Origin: Takakia lepidozioides
Lineage: Eukaryota > Plantae > Bryophyta
Length of the DNA stretch: 64,000 bases
Reading direction: 5' to 3'
Assembly (NCBI GenBank): GCA_030704615.1
Contig: CM060731.1
Span: 82,646,001 to 82,710,000, forward strand
This document shows positions 1-12,599 of this stretch, piece by piece (the first letter of the stretch is position 1; each line of letters starts with the position of its first letter). The notes beneath the pieces were generated by a model that was not told the origin of the DNA, made no database searches, and was given only the letters and a program-made list of their open reading frames with translations. The position numbers and the translations under genes were made by a program.

Positions 1-310
1 CCTTAAACTTTGCCTTAGTGGAAGTGGCATTAGCCGCCTTCAACACGTCTTTCAACGTCCCCCCAAACTGCGCTAACAACCCTTCCCAAAAGGCTGCCGG
101 CATGGGAGGCATCTCTTGGTTTGTCGGAGCTCTCAAGGATTCCTCGGGCTCCGACTCCTCGGATTCCTCCTGCTCTGTGGTGGCCTCGTTTTCGGAAACA
201 TGCATCGCTTCCTCAAACGGCCGCCTCGGTGACACGCCGCCCCCATCGGGCTCACCGGGATCATCATCTTTTGGGCCGTTCCGCTTTCGCTCCGGCTTGC
301 CCGACCCCAT
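1..310 (-). CDS. N-terminus of a gag-like ORF of an LTR retrotransposon (runs off the left edge)
   Basis: ATG at 310, ~40 nt downstream of the PBS, opens MGSGKPERKRNGPKDDDPGEPD...AFWEGLLAQFGGTLKDVLKAANATSTKAKFK with no stop before position 1. The position is where gag is expected. Confidence 0.55.
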   Translation of the reverse strand, partial: MGSGKPERKRNGPKDDDPGEPDGGGVSPRRPFEEAMHVSENEATTEQEESEESEPEESLRAPTNQEMPPMPAAFWEGLLAQFGGTLKDVLKAANATSTKAKFK

Positions 311-351
311 GATGAGGCCAATCCCAAGGACGATCGCGTACTGAACTCAGG

Positions 352-363
352 GCTCTGATACCA
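352..363 (-). promoter_or_regulatory. Primer-binding site complementary to tRNA-iMet
   Basis: GCTCTGATACCA is the reverse complement of TGGTATCAGAGC and lies 2 nt from the LTR end. Confidence 0.9.
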
Positions 364-365
364 AA

Positions 366-1090
366 TATCGCGCACCTCACTTCGGTAAACTCCCATTCAA
401 GTCATAGTTACTCGCTTTGATGCGCGCGCCTGACTCCCAACCTGGCCGCCGGGCCAACTTGGAGCTTCGGCTGCTCACCGGGACATAACGGTCCCCTTTC
501 GCTTCCCTCTAAAACCCTCCACCTAATTGGGACTAGGAGAATTCCCTTTGGTAGATGGCAGTCCGGAACAGCTCCCCACTCTTTGGTCGCTTTCCGGCTC
601 GCTCGCTTACTCACTAGTTTTTGGTCACCAACGGGCTTGCACCGTTCTCGGGGTTACTACTCCCTATATATACTTCTGTAGCTGTCCGCGGGGGTTTCAC
701 AACCAGCCATGCCATTTTATGGCGAACCACCACGAAGACCCTCGATTCCCGGTGGTGAGTCGCGGTGAGTCTTGGCCCGCTCACCACGGCCCCTATGGAC
801 CGTGATGAGTCCCAAGACTCCCCACGACTCCCACCACGAGGTCTCCGCCCCCATGGTGAGTCCTATGCCACCCCCACTAAGTCCCACTAAGCTACCACCA
901 CCCCTTGTGGAGCCACCCCCACCGCAACCCGGTGTGCGGGGCTCCACCTAGTGAGCGCCTCCGCTTCCCTGAGTGCCTTGGGCACTCAAGGGTGCCTCAG
1001 CCCCCATACCTATCGCTGCCGCTGCCCCCACCACAGGGGCAGCCCCTCATGTGTCCCGACCCCCTGCCCTCAAGGCAAAGGGCCGCGACA
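366..1090 (-). mobile_element. LTR copy 1 (5' LTR) of a Gypsy-like family
   Basis: Termini TATCGCG...CGCGACA (one substitution from TGTCGCG). Adjacent PBS. Colinear with 7066-7787. Confidence 0.85.
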
Positions 1091-1099
1091 AAAACACTA

Positions 1100-2504
1100 T
1101 AGGCTGTGTTTGGCCATAGTCAATTTGCAAAATTTACCTTATAAGACCCACATATCTTGTAGGTTCCTCCATGTCATTGCCTGAATTGTTGGTAATGGAC
1201 TGGTGCTGGAAAACAGATGAGACTCCACAATCAAAAGACACCATACTTGTTGTGTTCATGCCGGGGGGTATAGCCCTGTAATGGTTACCATACGATGTCA
1301 TACTCTTGAATGACAGGGCAGTAAATGACGGAGGCCTTGAAAAATCCAGTAATTCCTCACGTGTTGTAGGATCAAGCCCATCTGATTGAGTTGAGAGATG
1401 ATCCCGTACACCTTGAGGGAGCCAAACAGCAAATGGAGGACATGGATGCAAATCAGGAGGGTACTGAATTGTCGTGGGATTGCTCATGTACTCCGCATGG
1501 AAGAGTACACAACCATCCTCACAGGCATGAATCATCTTGTATTGCAATCCCATTTTGGCAATCATGGTTTTTGCTTCATAGTGAGTTTTCGGCAATGAAT
1601 TCTCGGCCGGCAGAAAACTCTTACGCAAAAATCAAATGCATTGGTGCATTTGTGGGTAGTGCATGCATTGAGCAACGTCAAAGTTGCTTACAGCTAGCTG
1701 AACGAGCACCCTTCGTAAAGTGGACATTGCGACTGTCGGAAGAGTTTGTCATACTCGGGATCAACGTGCAGGTGAGCATTCTCATCGAATTCATCTTGAA
1801 CGTTATCTGGATTTTGCAAATTGTCTCCATTGTCTCTGGAATCATCAATGTGGTCGACATGATCGGATCCAATGTGATCGGTTCCACCATGAATGGGGTC
1901 TTGTCTGTTTGCATCAGCAAATTGAAATGCTTCATGTAATGCACGCCGGATTTCTACGTGCAATCCACCACCCTCATCTGCATTCTCAATGACATTTGGC
2001 TCCCGCTGAAACGCAGGGCCTTCGTCTTCATCATCGGAATCTACACGTCCCTGCACCACAACAGTCATGTTGTGAGTCAACCAATCAAAACACTCCATTT
2101 GTAGCCATAGAAGTCATAGTTGCAGTCACTTAGTAAGCCCTATATAACTAAATGACTACAGATGACCAATGAAAACAAGACATGTGCAATAGTTGAAGTC
2201 AAAAGGGCAGTGACGTAGTCATAGTGACGTCTGTATATTATGACTACATGACTAGAATCACCCAACGAAATTAGGACACGTGGTAAAGTGGATCGTTGAA
2301 TTCAAAATTCATACTCAAGTGTTGAAGGGGAAGTGGCAATCGTACCGGAATAGAACAGATACGGAGAAGGGGATCCCTCCCATGCATCAGGTAATGTTTC
2401 CTCACAGTTTCGAACGACATTAGTTTTCCTCCATGACACTCATCGCATTTGCACAACATTTTGTATGCCCATTGCTTATGGCATAAGCTTCTTCCATTCG
2501 CCAT
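1100..2504 (-). pseudogene. CACTA/En-Spm Tnp2 transposase remnant, internally deleted
   Basis: Transposase-associated motif LCKCDECHGGKLMSFETVRKHYLMHG (2330-2460). Transposase_21 start LPAENSLPKTHYEAKTMIAKMGLQYKMIHACEDGCVLF is joined directly to C-terminal-type sequence SFKSMTSYGNHY...DCGVSSVF...YVGLI. Frameshifts present. Confidence 0.8.
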
Positions 2505-2559
2505 AGACGGTCATCTCTTCTACGTCGCATCCGGATTCGGTCCTCATCTGCAAGATCAC

Positions 2560-5500
2560 TTTCCATGCTTTGAACGTCATCCCCTACCCTGTTTGAATGC
2601 TACGCACACTGATTGAACTTGATTTGCACTAGCTACCAGTGCTATATGTAGATCGTGTACTACATCTGTAAGTAGAGTTTCTAAGTAACCATGGTGAAGC
2701 GGAGGGTCATGGAGGTGACTGTCCCTCTCACAGAGTATGCGAAGTTTCGAGAGGCACGGGTTGCTGCCATAAAGGAGGTGGAAGCAACGTTTAGGCAGTC
2801 GATAGAAGGGTGAGTTTAGTTCCTGACTTTGGTTACCCACTCACTGTTTTTGTGATTCACCTTCTCCTCATACCTTACTGCAGCTCTCATAAGCTTCATA
2901 GCACAAACGCGGGGTAGCTGCAACTTCTACAAACAGAAAAGGCAAGAAGGATGCGGTGAGTGACGAGTAGGCACTTTCAGGTGTGTCTGTGTGTGATTAG
3001 GCGGGAGGTGTCCGCAATTCGTGGGCAGCCATTACTCAGTGGTAGGGTGCGGCTTTGCTGCCTACATGTATGTGGATTCACCCACATTGTACTTGGTGTT
3101 TGTATTTTCAAGGCAAGCACAAGCGCTCTGTCAACATGATCCCTGCTGCTAGCAATGGAGATGGCGCCCACAACAAGGCAGGAGGTGGCCCTATGTCTCC
3201 CCAGGTTTTGGGTTCTCTGCCACCAGTACCCCCACCTTATTATGGTATGCCTCAGTACCCACAAGCTGGCACTCAGTATGGTGAGGGGCAATATGGAAAT
3301 GTTGTTGCGTATGGGCAGTATGGCCAGTATGCCCCTCCACCATATTTGCCACCCCCTAATAGCTATGGGGGTGGCAGACCACCAGACTATCCTCCTACTT
3401 ATGGGCAGTATGGCCAGTATGGTCCTCGGCCTTCTGGCCAATAGCCATGGCCACCAGTCCCTACTTGGCGGGATCTCCGCCCCCCCCACACACCCCAACC
3501 CCCCCCCCCCCACTTGCCCACACCCACTTTGTCTGAAGGAGGGGAGGGTGCCAATACAAAGAAAGATAGAACCAATGCTTTAAGGAGGGCTAATAGCACA
3601 GCCAAAGTTGAGGCTGCGAAGGTGAAGGAAGAGAGGATAGCTACAGGTCTTCCTCCGACGGTAGTTATGACGATCACCAAAGGAGCCCCGTATGGTCAGA
3701 CATGGAATGTATGGCATGCTGCCCTTAAAGGACAGGCTCTTCGTAAGTTAGATTGTTCCCTTCCCATCAACAACCAACCTGATGAACTTGTACATGAAAT
3801 CAGAGATCACCTGGCTAAGCTATTTTCATATACGCTAAAGCAGTTGACTGACCGCCACCTAAAAGAAACGATTGGTCGTATAATGAAGAGCCAACATTTT
3901 GATTCACACACTGCGTGGTTGAGTGGCAAGGGGAAACCCATTACTGTATCTGATGACACATGGAACAAGCTTGTAAGTTATTGGCAGACAGAGGTGTTCC
4001 AAAAAGTGTCGGGCAACATGAAGAAGGCAAATGGTGCAATCCAAAATCCTACCAAAACTGGCCGTGGTGGGAAGGCAATGGTGGAGCAACGCTTGGTAGT
4101 GGCATCATCACTACTATGTATTTTGTTCCTCATTGAAACACTATGTGTATATAGTGTGCCCTCATATTGGTTATTGACTTGAGGGATGTTTTTGTTTGTG
4201 GCATGGGTTAAATAAATTGCAGGAAGCACTATCAGGGTGCCCTCCTACATTACATGAAATTCAAGAGGGCTCAGTGTCACGGATGTCAGGTGGGAGCGAA
4301 ATGCGGGTAATTCAATTTTCCACGTTTGCTTTCCTGGTTGCTTCATCTTGATTCTTGCTAGGTTTTCTTTCTATCTACGTTTTTGGGCTAGGTTTTCTTT
4401 CCAGTTTTTAGGCAGAAAACTTCCCTTCACTTGTTTCCAGTCTGACTTAGAGGCTGTAGTGTCCAAAGCCAGCATTGTTGCCATTAAAATGTCTGATGAA
4501 AATGAAGTTAGGCAGAAAACTTCCCTTGACTTGTTTCCAATCTGACTAAGAGGTTGTAGTGTCCAAAGCCGGGTATGTTGCCATGATATTGTCAGATGAA
4601 AATGAAGTTAGGCAGAAAACTGACCTTCACTTGTTTCCAGTCTATGACATGGGGGAGGGCATCATTGTTTTGCTCAAAGTAGGCGCAAGGTCAATGGCCA
4701 CAAGGCTATAGCAAACAACGTCTTATGAGTACATTCTTTCCAATTGTTCATGCTAGGTGTTTTTTGTTTGATTCAACTCTGTTTTCATGGATTGGCAGGA
4801 AGGGAGTCGGGCATATGCTTCTGTAGTTGGCAGGATGGAGGCTTGGACAAATTGGTGGAATCACAAGGACGCAACATGTTAGATTTAAAACTGCAGATGC
4901 AGAGCATGATTGATTACCAAAAAGCCATTGTGGCGCGATTAGGGATTACTCTACTTGGCCCAGGCCTAGTGACATCTACGTTGGCTGCTTCTGGTGTGAC
5001 AGTAACAAAATGTTTGGAAGAGCAATTTCAGACGGTAACTGGGGCTCACTCTAAGCCCTCATGTATTGCCCTCACTGATGATGGTTTGAATTTGTTCGAG
5101 CAGCAACAAGATATAGGGAAGGCTAGCTGTGAGGTAGATGCGGGAGGTCAGCCCAAGCGACATACAAATGAAGTAGCAGTCCAGGGGGCAATGGTGACAG
5201 AAGAGTCTGGCACAACAGATTCTGGTATGTTGGTCTCACGGAGTTTACATGGGGAGGAAGATGCAGATGCAGACCGTGACAAAACAGACAAGGATGTTGC
5301 TATACTTTCTCCCGCTTACATGTTGACGCCAGATGACAGTTTGCTTCCTGGACCAGCGAGGAAGCATTTGCTAATTCTGGACTTAAACGGTTTGCTTTGT
5401 GAATCATTTTATTCTGCTACTGGCGTTGCATCCCTTCCCAAAGGTTTTGTGGGGAAGATGTGTGGCAAGAAGATGGTAGTTTTGAGACCACGCTGTTCTG

Positions 5501-6738
5501 AGTTTTTGCAAAAGTGTTTTGAACACTTTGAGGTGGCAGTGTGGTCTTGTTGCCAAGCTCGCAACTTCTTCCCAATAATGGACTATATTTTTGCAGCCCA
5601 CACTAACCTTGTTTTCCAGTGGGATGCCCTTCACTGTGACGAGGATCCAGTCCTCTCATCTCGTAAGGGGTAGGATACAAAACCGTTGTTCTACAAGAAC
5701 TTGTCTAGAGTGTGGGCAGAGTGGCCAGAATGGAGTCACGAGGACACTGTTCTTGTTGACGACACACCGCAAAAGGCGGCAAACAATCCTCCATTCAATG
5801 GGATTTTCCCAGCGCCATGGAAAGTGCAACCAGATTTTCCATGTGATGATTATCTAACAAATGTGTTGTGGCATCTCTTGTGGAAGGCATCAAAAGTTGC
5901 CAGTATTCCAGCTTTTTTGGAGTCTCAGCCTGTTTTGGGACAACAACCATACAACTCTGCTTCATGTCCTACTGAGAAGGTACAAACATTCTGACGCTAA
6001 ACTTGTGAGGCTTGAACATTTGTGGGTTCCTTCATTGCATTGCTTTCCTAGATGCTTCTCCTCAGTTGCTTCGTTAATGCTAGGTTGTCTTTGCAGGTCT
6101 TCATGCTAGGTTTTCTCCTTTGATTCATGCTTGGGTTTTGTTTTCTGTTCACTCTTCCTTAAATTCACTAATACCCTGTTGTTTTCTGGTCTATGACACA
6201 GGAACTTGTGACAAAGAAAGGTGGCCTTGTCGAGAACCCAGTAAAGGCCAGGGGCAAGACTATCGACCTGCCAAGTAGCCCCCCAAAGGAGGTCTCACAA
6301 CCACTCGAGACTGCAAATGGAGTAAGTCCAGGCCCTCCTCTTGTCTGTTTCATTTTTTTCCAACCTCGGGGCTCTCTTTAATTCCTAAATGTTGAGTGTC
6401 GTAGTGGTGCAGGTCATGAGTTTTCACAACTTGTTGTTTTTGTGTGGAGTTGGGATCACACTTTAGGGTGGGTGACGCGGTTCGGCTGCTGGATGTGAAC
6501 TCCAAACGCAAGAAAGTTGGAGTAGGGTTGATTGTTGCTCTTCAAGGTGCTGTGGTGGGTTACCGGTACCCTGAGCACTGTGCCCCTTGACTATGCATGT
6601 GTGTACATCAAAGAGGCAAGTGTGAGTAACACTCCTCTACCATATGTGAATGGTGTTACGAAACATACCGAATTGGGGCAGGTGGGTGGCCAGACAACGC
6701 TTTGGAGTCTAAAGTTGCTGACAGTTATGGAGCCTTAG
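2560..6738 (+). pseudogene. CACTA accessory (TnpA/Ptta-like) multi-exon gene containing an FCP1/NIF-like HAD phosphatase domain, decayed
   Basis: Transcribed divergently from Tnp2. 3514-4100 contains WNKLVSYWQTEVFQKVSGNMKKAN (Ptta/En-Spm-like). 5360-5994 contains KHLLILDLNGLL...LRPRCSEFLQKCFEHFEVAVWS...KNLSRVW...TVLVDDTPQK with an in-frame TAG at 5671-5673. The last piece NTPLPY...LGQVGGQTTLW resembles Tnp1/En-Spm C-termini. The 5' boundary is approximate. Confidence 0.6.
4408..4643 (+). repeat. 100-bp tandem repeat, ~2.3 copies
   Basis: TTAGGCAGAAAAC recurs at 4408, 4508 and 4608 with conserved intervening sequence. Confidence 0.9.
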
Positions 6739-7065
6739 AAGGGATAAGAAGTATTGCACTGTTTAACAGGGTCCTTGATTCTAGAAGCACCAGAACAAAC
6801 TAGTACTAGAACAATTCAGCCCATGTGTGGGCTTGCTTATTTTTTGCTTACTAGGCCTTTTCAGGCATGGATTTTTGGACCTTCTGGCCTTTGAGATGTC
6901 CATTGGGACATTGGTCTCATCTGGATTTTAATTTACAGGGCGTGTATTCCCCTGCACTTGTCTATTTTGATTGTCTTTGTGGTTGCTAACTAGTATGCAC
7001 GAGGGGTCCATTCTGTTTATTGGAATTTCACCATGTAATGAAGAATTTAAATCATTGATACCAAG

Positions 7066-7787
7066 TGTCGCGCACCTTACTTCGGTAAGCTCTCCTTCAA
7101 GTCATAGTTACTCGCTTTGATGCACGCGCCTAACTCCCAAACTGGCCGTCGGGCCAACTCGGAGCTTCGGCTGCTCACCGGGGCATAACGGTCCCCCTCA
7201 CAATCCCACTCGACCCTCGACCTGTTGGGCTCAGTGGAAATTCCCTTTGGTAGATGGCAGTCGGGAACCGCTCCCCACACCTTGGTCGCTTTCCGGCTTG
7301 CACGCTTACTCATTAGTTTTTGGTCACCAACGGGCTTGCACCGTTCTCAGGGTTACTACTCCCTATATATACTTCTGTAAGTGTCCGTGGGGGTTCCACA
7401 AGTAACCAAGTCCAAATCTGGTGCACCACCACTTAGACCCTCGATCATCCCTGTGGTGAGCCGCGGTGAGTCTTGGCCCACGGTCCATTGGGGCTGTGGC
7501 GAGTCCCAAGACTCCCCACGACTCCCACCACAAGGCCTCAGCCTCATGGTGAGTCCTATGCCACCCCCACTATGACTCCATATGCTACCACCACCCGGCC
7601 TCGTGGAGCCCCCACCACCGCCACCCGGTTTGCGGGGCTCCACCTAGTGAGCGCCACCGCCTCATTGAGTGCCTTCGACACTCAAGGGTGCTTCAGCCCC
7701 CTTTCCTATTTGCTGCCACTGCCCCCATCACAGGGGCAACCCCTCTTGTGTCCCGACCCCCCGCCCTCAAGGCAAAGGGCCGCGACA
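7066..7787 (-). mobile_element. LTR copy 2 with a residual PBS
   Basis: TGTCGCG...CGCGACA termini. Similar to 366-1090 along its length. Partial PBS TGATACCA at 7056-7063, after which internal sequence is lost. Confidence 0.85.
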
Positions 7788-8049
7788 CTCCACATCCTCA
7801 ATGCTCCCACATTTGGTATACATGTCCACGAGGGGTATTGTTCAGAATCACATCTGGTACAATTCCAGCTTTGGTGATGCAACCATGCACCTTAGCTGAT
7901 GGAGATTTACTCTGTGGAGCCCCCAATGTTCTACATCTGAATCCAATGTTTATCCATATGTCAAGGGACAGAGAAAGAGAGAGAGAGAAAGGGTATAACT
8001 TACCACAGTTTTCCCACATATGTATTGCTCCCTCGTGACATGTCTTCTG

Positions 8050-9430
8050 CATTAAGGGAAATAATGTAGTCAGTGCTGGTGGCCCGCCAAAACTTTCGTG
8101 TAGCCAACTTCCAGCCCTTGCTCCTCACGAAACAAGCGCCGTCTGGCTTCTATCCATGTGGACTCCGCTTCATATATCCTATCACAATCCGAGGGTCAGC
8201 CAGGAGATTGACAGAGGTGGCGTGGGAGATATGAAAAGACACCGTATGCCAACTACTGAGAAATGACTAAAACTAGGAAATCTGAATGTCAATGGTGTAG
8301 ATTTCTTACCCCAACATGACTGATAGGCGAGGATGGTTCTGAATGATGTACTCATGTACAATATCATGCAGGTCACTCAATTTTTGGGCTTTAGAACTTC
8401 CTTCCACAACTTCACGTTCCACAGATTCTCCCTCATCTGCATCCCACACCCTTCGTACACTTCCATCAAAGCCTGCCGTATACTCTGTGCAAAAACCCAA
8501 TGCTTCTTCAAATTGGTATCCTTCTGCCATGCTCCCCTCGGGCCTTGCCATGTTTCTTACGTAGCCCTTCATATCTTTCATTGCCCGCTCCATGGGGTAC
8601 ATCCAACGAGATGCTACGGGCCCACATAAGTACAACTCGTCTACTAGGTGGACAACCAGGTGTGTCATCACATCAAAAAATGATGGTGGGAACTCCTTCT
8701 TTGTAAGCCACAAAGTGACAATTGCTTCAGTTCTCAATTCCTCATACTCTGTAGGATTCACCACTTTTGCACACAACTTCTTGAATACACGACATATTCG
8801 CAAAATGGCCCTGCGAGGACCACTTGCCACGAGCCCATGGATAGCAAGCGGTATAATTTGATGCATGAGCACATGATAGTCATGTGATTTCATGCCAGAC
8901 AATTTCTTCTTCACCACATGCTTTTTGAAAGCTGATGCGTAGCCTGTTGGCATTTTCAGGTGCTGCACAATCTCCAGAAAGACTTCTAACTCAGCCTCAG
9001 TGAGGACATAAGGGGCAAGAGGCATAATTAACGCATCTGCTCTGTCAGGATCACGTTGTAGCCACAATTCCGGGCGCATCCCAAGTAGCTCCAAATCACG
9101 GCGAACTTTCAATGTGTCTCTCTCACCAAAGATCGTTTTAATAATATTTTCAGCCAAGGTCTTCTCGCAATGCATTGCATCAAACGTGTGGCGGATGAGG
9201 AGGCCCTACAAAATCAACGCATAAGCAATTGAGCATTTAATCATAACAATTTCAATAGAAAACGCAAAAATGTACACAGCCAATTTAAAGGCCATGAAAG
9301 AATTACCTCCCAATAAGGTAAGACATATAAAACTGAGAATTGCTTAACTCCATGAGTTTTGCTAGGTCTGTCCTGCTATCTGGTGTCCCTCCGTTTTCTA
9401 CCCATGCAGTGCGAGCTCTTGCAAGCTCCC
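8050..9430 (-). pseudogene. CACTA/En-Spm Tnp2 transposase fragment (DUF4218 region)
   Basis: HGVKQFSVLYVLPYWE / intron (~9208-9306) / GLLIRHTFDAMHCEKTLAENI...LSGMKSHDYHVLM...FPPSFFDVMTHLVVHL...RWMYPMERAMKDMKGYVRNMARPEGSMAEGY are diagnostic CACTA motifs. Confidence 0.92.
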
Positions 9431-11099
9431 TGATTTGTGTTCCAATCTGAACTTCCCATTTTCAACTAGGGCTGCACAGATTTCATACAAGGAAGACCAT
9501 ATCAAAAATATATATAACCTACAACCAAACACATTTAAAGAGGGCATAGTGCCCTACCAAACACTTGCACAACCATCCTGCGTGCATATAACATACCAAG
9601 CACCTTTATTCTTATATCTTTCACTCAATGATCGTCCACTGCCAAAGCAACCTTGTTTCAGATGCCCCCCTTCAAACCTTCTCAAGCACCACTTGACACT
9701 GGCTACCAAAGACTTTTTGACAATTACAATGCTCAATAGCTGGCATTTGCGAGTACCACACTTGCTGTACTTGAGCACGACAACCTTGCAGTGCGACTGT
9801 TTACACATCTAAGACTAGCAAATGGCTCCCCATGCAACTCCAAACTGCGTGGATCCCCACCATATTAGGGTACAAGTTCCATGGCAAGCAGCTAAGAAAT
9901 GGCTACTACGGCCATCCACATACCAATCACAAGTGGAATCCATCTAGCACATCCTGCTTCAAAGGCTGGAGACTCTCTGTGACTGAATGTAAATGTCAAG
10001 TCAAAGAGGGAAAGTTGCAAAAATGGAGGGAATTGAAGCCTGGTGGCAAAGCAATTGGAGGGAGACTCATGACATAACATAAGCTACATAACAGGAACCA
10101 CCCATGTTAGAACAAAAAGGCACATACATAGATGGCCTTGCTTACCGCTGGTGCTCATAATGACAAATCTATTGGACAGCCACCCGAGACATCCACAAAG
10201 AAGGAGACAGGGACTTAAGGCAACCCCAAGAAGAGCTGATAAGTGGAAGTTATTCTATCACGCTTTATAAAGCACTGCACAATGTTGTCCCGAGGCCCGG
10301 GCTGCAACCCAGATTGCCAGCATCCGACAACATTCCATTTAGGGGTACAATTCCATGCACGTAAGGAGGAGACCTCAATTCCCGACATGACCAAAGGGTT
10401 TCACTGTCTCAGAAGAGGGCACATGCCAAGATGTGCCCTTTCACTACATTCTTCAATCCAAATGGAATCTTGGTCAAGACTTAAGGTAGTTTGTGCAATT
10501 TGGTGCCACAATTGTGGAACCTATCAGTGAGGAATTACCCTTCATACCAATAGACCATGGGGAGACCTGTCACTCAAATCTGAGGGGGGATGCTTCGGCG
10601 TGAGCGTATGAGCGTGGGCATGTGAGCGCATGAGCGTAGCCAGGCTCACGCCACGTCAGCAGTCATTGTCACGTTGGCTCACGGGTCTGACGCCACGTCA
10701 TCAGACCTTGCCAGCGAGGTTGACGCCACGTCATTTCCATAGGCACGGACCTATAACCGTGGACTGAATAGGCAGAAGAGTGCCTATAGCCGCGGACTTG
10801 CGCATTCGGCACATAGGGAACCATATGTGGGCGACGAGGCGTAATGAGGATGAAGGAGAGTCAGCACGCTCCGAATATGGATGAATGTGGATGTATGAGA
10901 GTGGATGAATGTTGAATGAGGATGTCATTCTAACATTTATCTGAACCAAGCACAACAATCAATGTCGTTTGCACAAACATCACAAATTGGAGAAAATCCC
11001 TCATGAAGCACATGATAAGATTTAATCCACGATGTCTGCCATTTGAGGAAAGGTAGACTGATGAAAGCAACGTAGAATAAGACAACACAACAGATGTGA

Positions 11100-11545
11100 G
11101 ACAAATTTTTGATTTTTTGATGATTGCCCACTGGTTACTGCAACATTCCACTGTGCAACACGCTCCACTTTCGCTTTCCTCTTCAGTGTCGACACATTGT
11201 GAGCCATTTCAACACCATAATTCCTACAACACACTAGATCACCACCCTAAACTGGCATTGGACTGAAAATGCGACCTAGTCGCCTTGCCAGTGAGGTACA
11301 ATCTGCTCATCTCTCCTGAGAGAGCACTGAAATTTTCAGGCTTATTCATTAGTTGTAAGCATACCCATTAGTTGTAACAACATATTAGAAGATGAATTTG
11401 GCTACCGGTTGTGCATGAGGAGGAGTTCTAGGTCTTTCACATTGTGCACCAAAAATTTGACGAAACCACTAGGCAACACATGCTTTGTCTTCTTGTTTGA
11501 CCCATAACCAATGTTAGGCATTTGTGTGGTGCCCTTGAACATATG
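11100..11545 (-). pseudogene. RPL32: 60S ribosomal protein L32 (eL32) gene fragment with intron
   Basis: [45 protein letters not shown] / GT-AG intron 11405-11224 / NYGVEMAHNVSTLKRKAKVERVAQWNV. N-terminus missing and C-terminus decayed. Confidence 0.9.
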
Positions 11546-11735
11546 AGGCTGAGCACGAAAAGAGACGTCGTGCAAAGGAATAGCTTTTAATATCCTGCCA
11601 CCCAAATTACATGTATTGCATCATTAGCTAATGTGAAAGGCATGGGGGGGGGCAGGCACATGCTATAACTGGGAAGTGAACACCAAACGAACTTACTCAC
11701 ATGTGAAATCGTCGTCGAAGTCCTTGTCATCTCCC

Positions 11736-12220
11736 TCATTGATATCGACATACACTACAGCCTCCTGCTCTTTGGCGGCAGACATTGGCCCTTGCAACTC
11801 TTGGAGGCTTAGTAAAGATGGCTGCATCTCCTTCCATACCCAACAAATGCCGGCCTGCTGCCTTGCAAGCATGGTACGAAGCTCCTGCAAGACACAGTTG
11901 TGTTACTAAGATGTTACAAATTGTGTATTAAGGGAAAAAAGACCACAGAAGGAGAGATGTCAAACCTGTTCCAAGAGTCAGGTCGACGATGCACGCCCCC
12001 GGATGGGAATGTGTCTCAATAACAGTTTGAATAAAAGTTGGACTCTTCTCCTTGGCCCCTCTCCATGGTGTTCCATTCGACTTTCTCAAACAGACATTCG
12101 AATCCACGTAATTGTTCATGAAACAACCTCTCCCATGAAGCCTGAACTCCTTCACTGCAGCAAGAGTCGAAGAAGGGTGCACCCTGACAAGACAGATGGC
12201 TTCAAAAAGGCAGGTCTGCA
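11736..12220 (-). pseudogene. N4-C/N6-A DNA methyltransferase (N6_N4_Mtase, beta-class-like) C-terminal SAM-binding module, spliced
   Basis: Removing the 81-nt GT-AG intron 11965-11885 gives WRGAKEKSPTFIQTVIETHSHPGACIVDLTLGTGASYHACKAAGRHLLGMEGDAAIF. This follows the family consensus (H-P-x-x-K-P...I...S-x-P-G-D-x-V-L-D-P-F-x-G-S-G-T-T...A...G-R-x-x-I-G-x-E-x-D). A frameshift into an acidic tail is likely. Confidence 0.75.
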
Positions 12221-12599
12221 CTGAAGACAACACGAAGCACAAATGAACGAATGCATACCAAAGGGCAAAAGAACAGTGCAACTTCACCCCTTCAGAATTG
12301 AGTGCGTTGACGCACTCAATTCTGGATGGGTGAACAGAAAAAATGAAATGAAGCAGACAAGAGAAGAATGCTACCCTTTATCGGAGTGGAGGATTAGCAT
12401 TTGTCCCGAACAGTCCCCTTCGTCAGGTATAAGCTGTTGACACCATTCCACCATTCTTGGCTGCCAACAGACATGTCCATACAGGCACCAAAAGAGGAAT
12501 CCCTCCCCCCCCCAAAAAAAAAACCGGAAGCTAATCTCAATGGAAGGACAGACAAAACATCAGGAACCAGACCCTCTGAAATTGAGCGCGTCAACGTAC

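Noticed and set aside
408-1184. Pro/Gly-rich ORFs in the LTRs (also 7077-8038 and 22637-22951)
   Set aside because: By-products of GC-rich LTR sequence, with frames not preserved among the three copies.
366-7787. Intact LTR retrotransposon carrying CACTA cargo between LTR copies 1 and 2
   Set aside because: Both LTRs are PBS-adjacent, there is no PPT next to copy 1, no TSD, and no gag/pol between them.
1091-10560. CACTA terminal inverted repeats
   Set aside because: Isolated CACTA words occur (e.g. ~1095, 6166), but I found no matching TAGTG end with a 3-bp TSD.
11736-12220. Bacterial contamination as the source of the methyltransferase
   Set aside because: A spliceosomal intron splits the motif, and the flanks include a plant RPL32 fragment and plant transposons.
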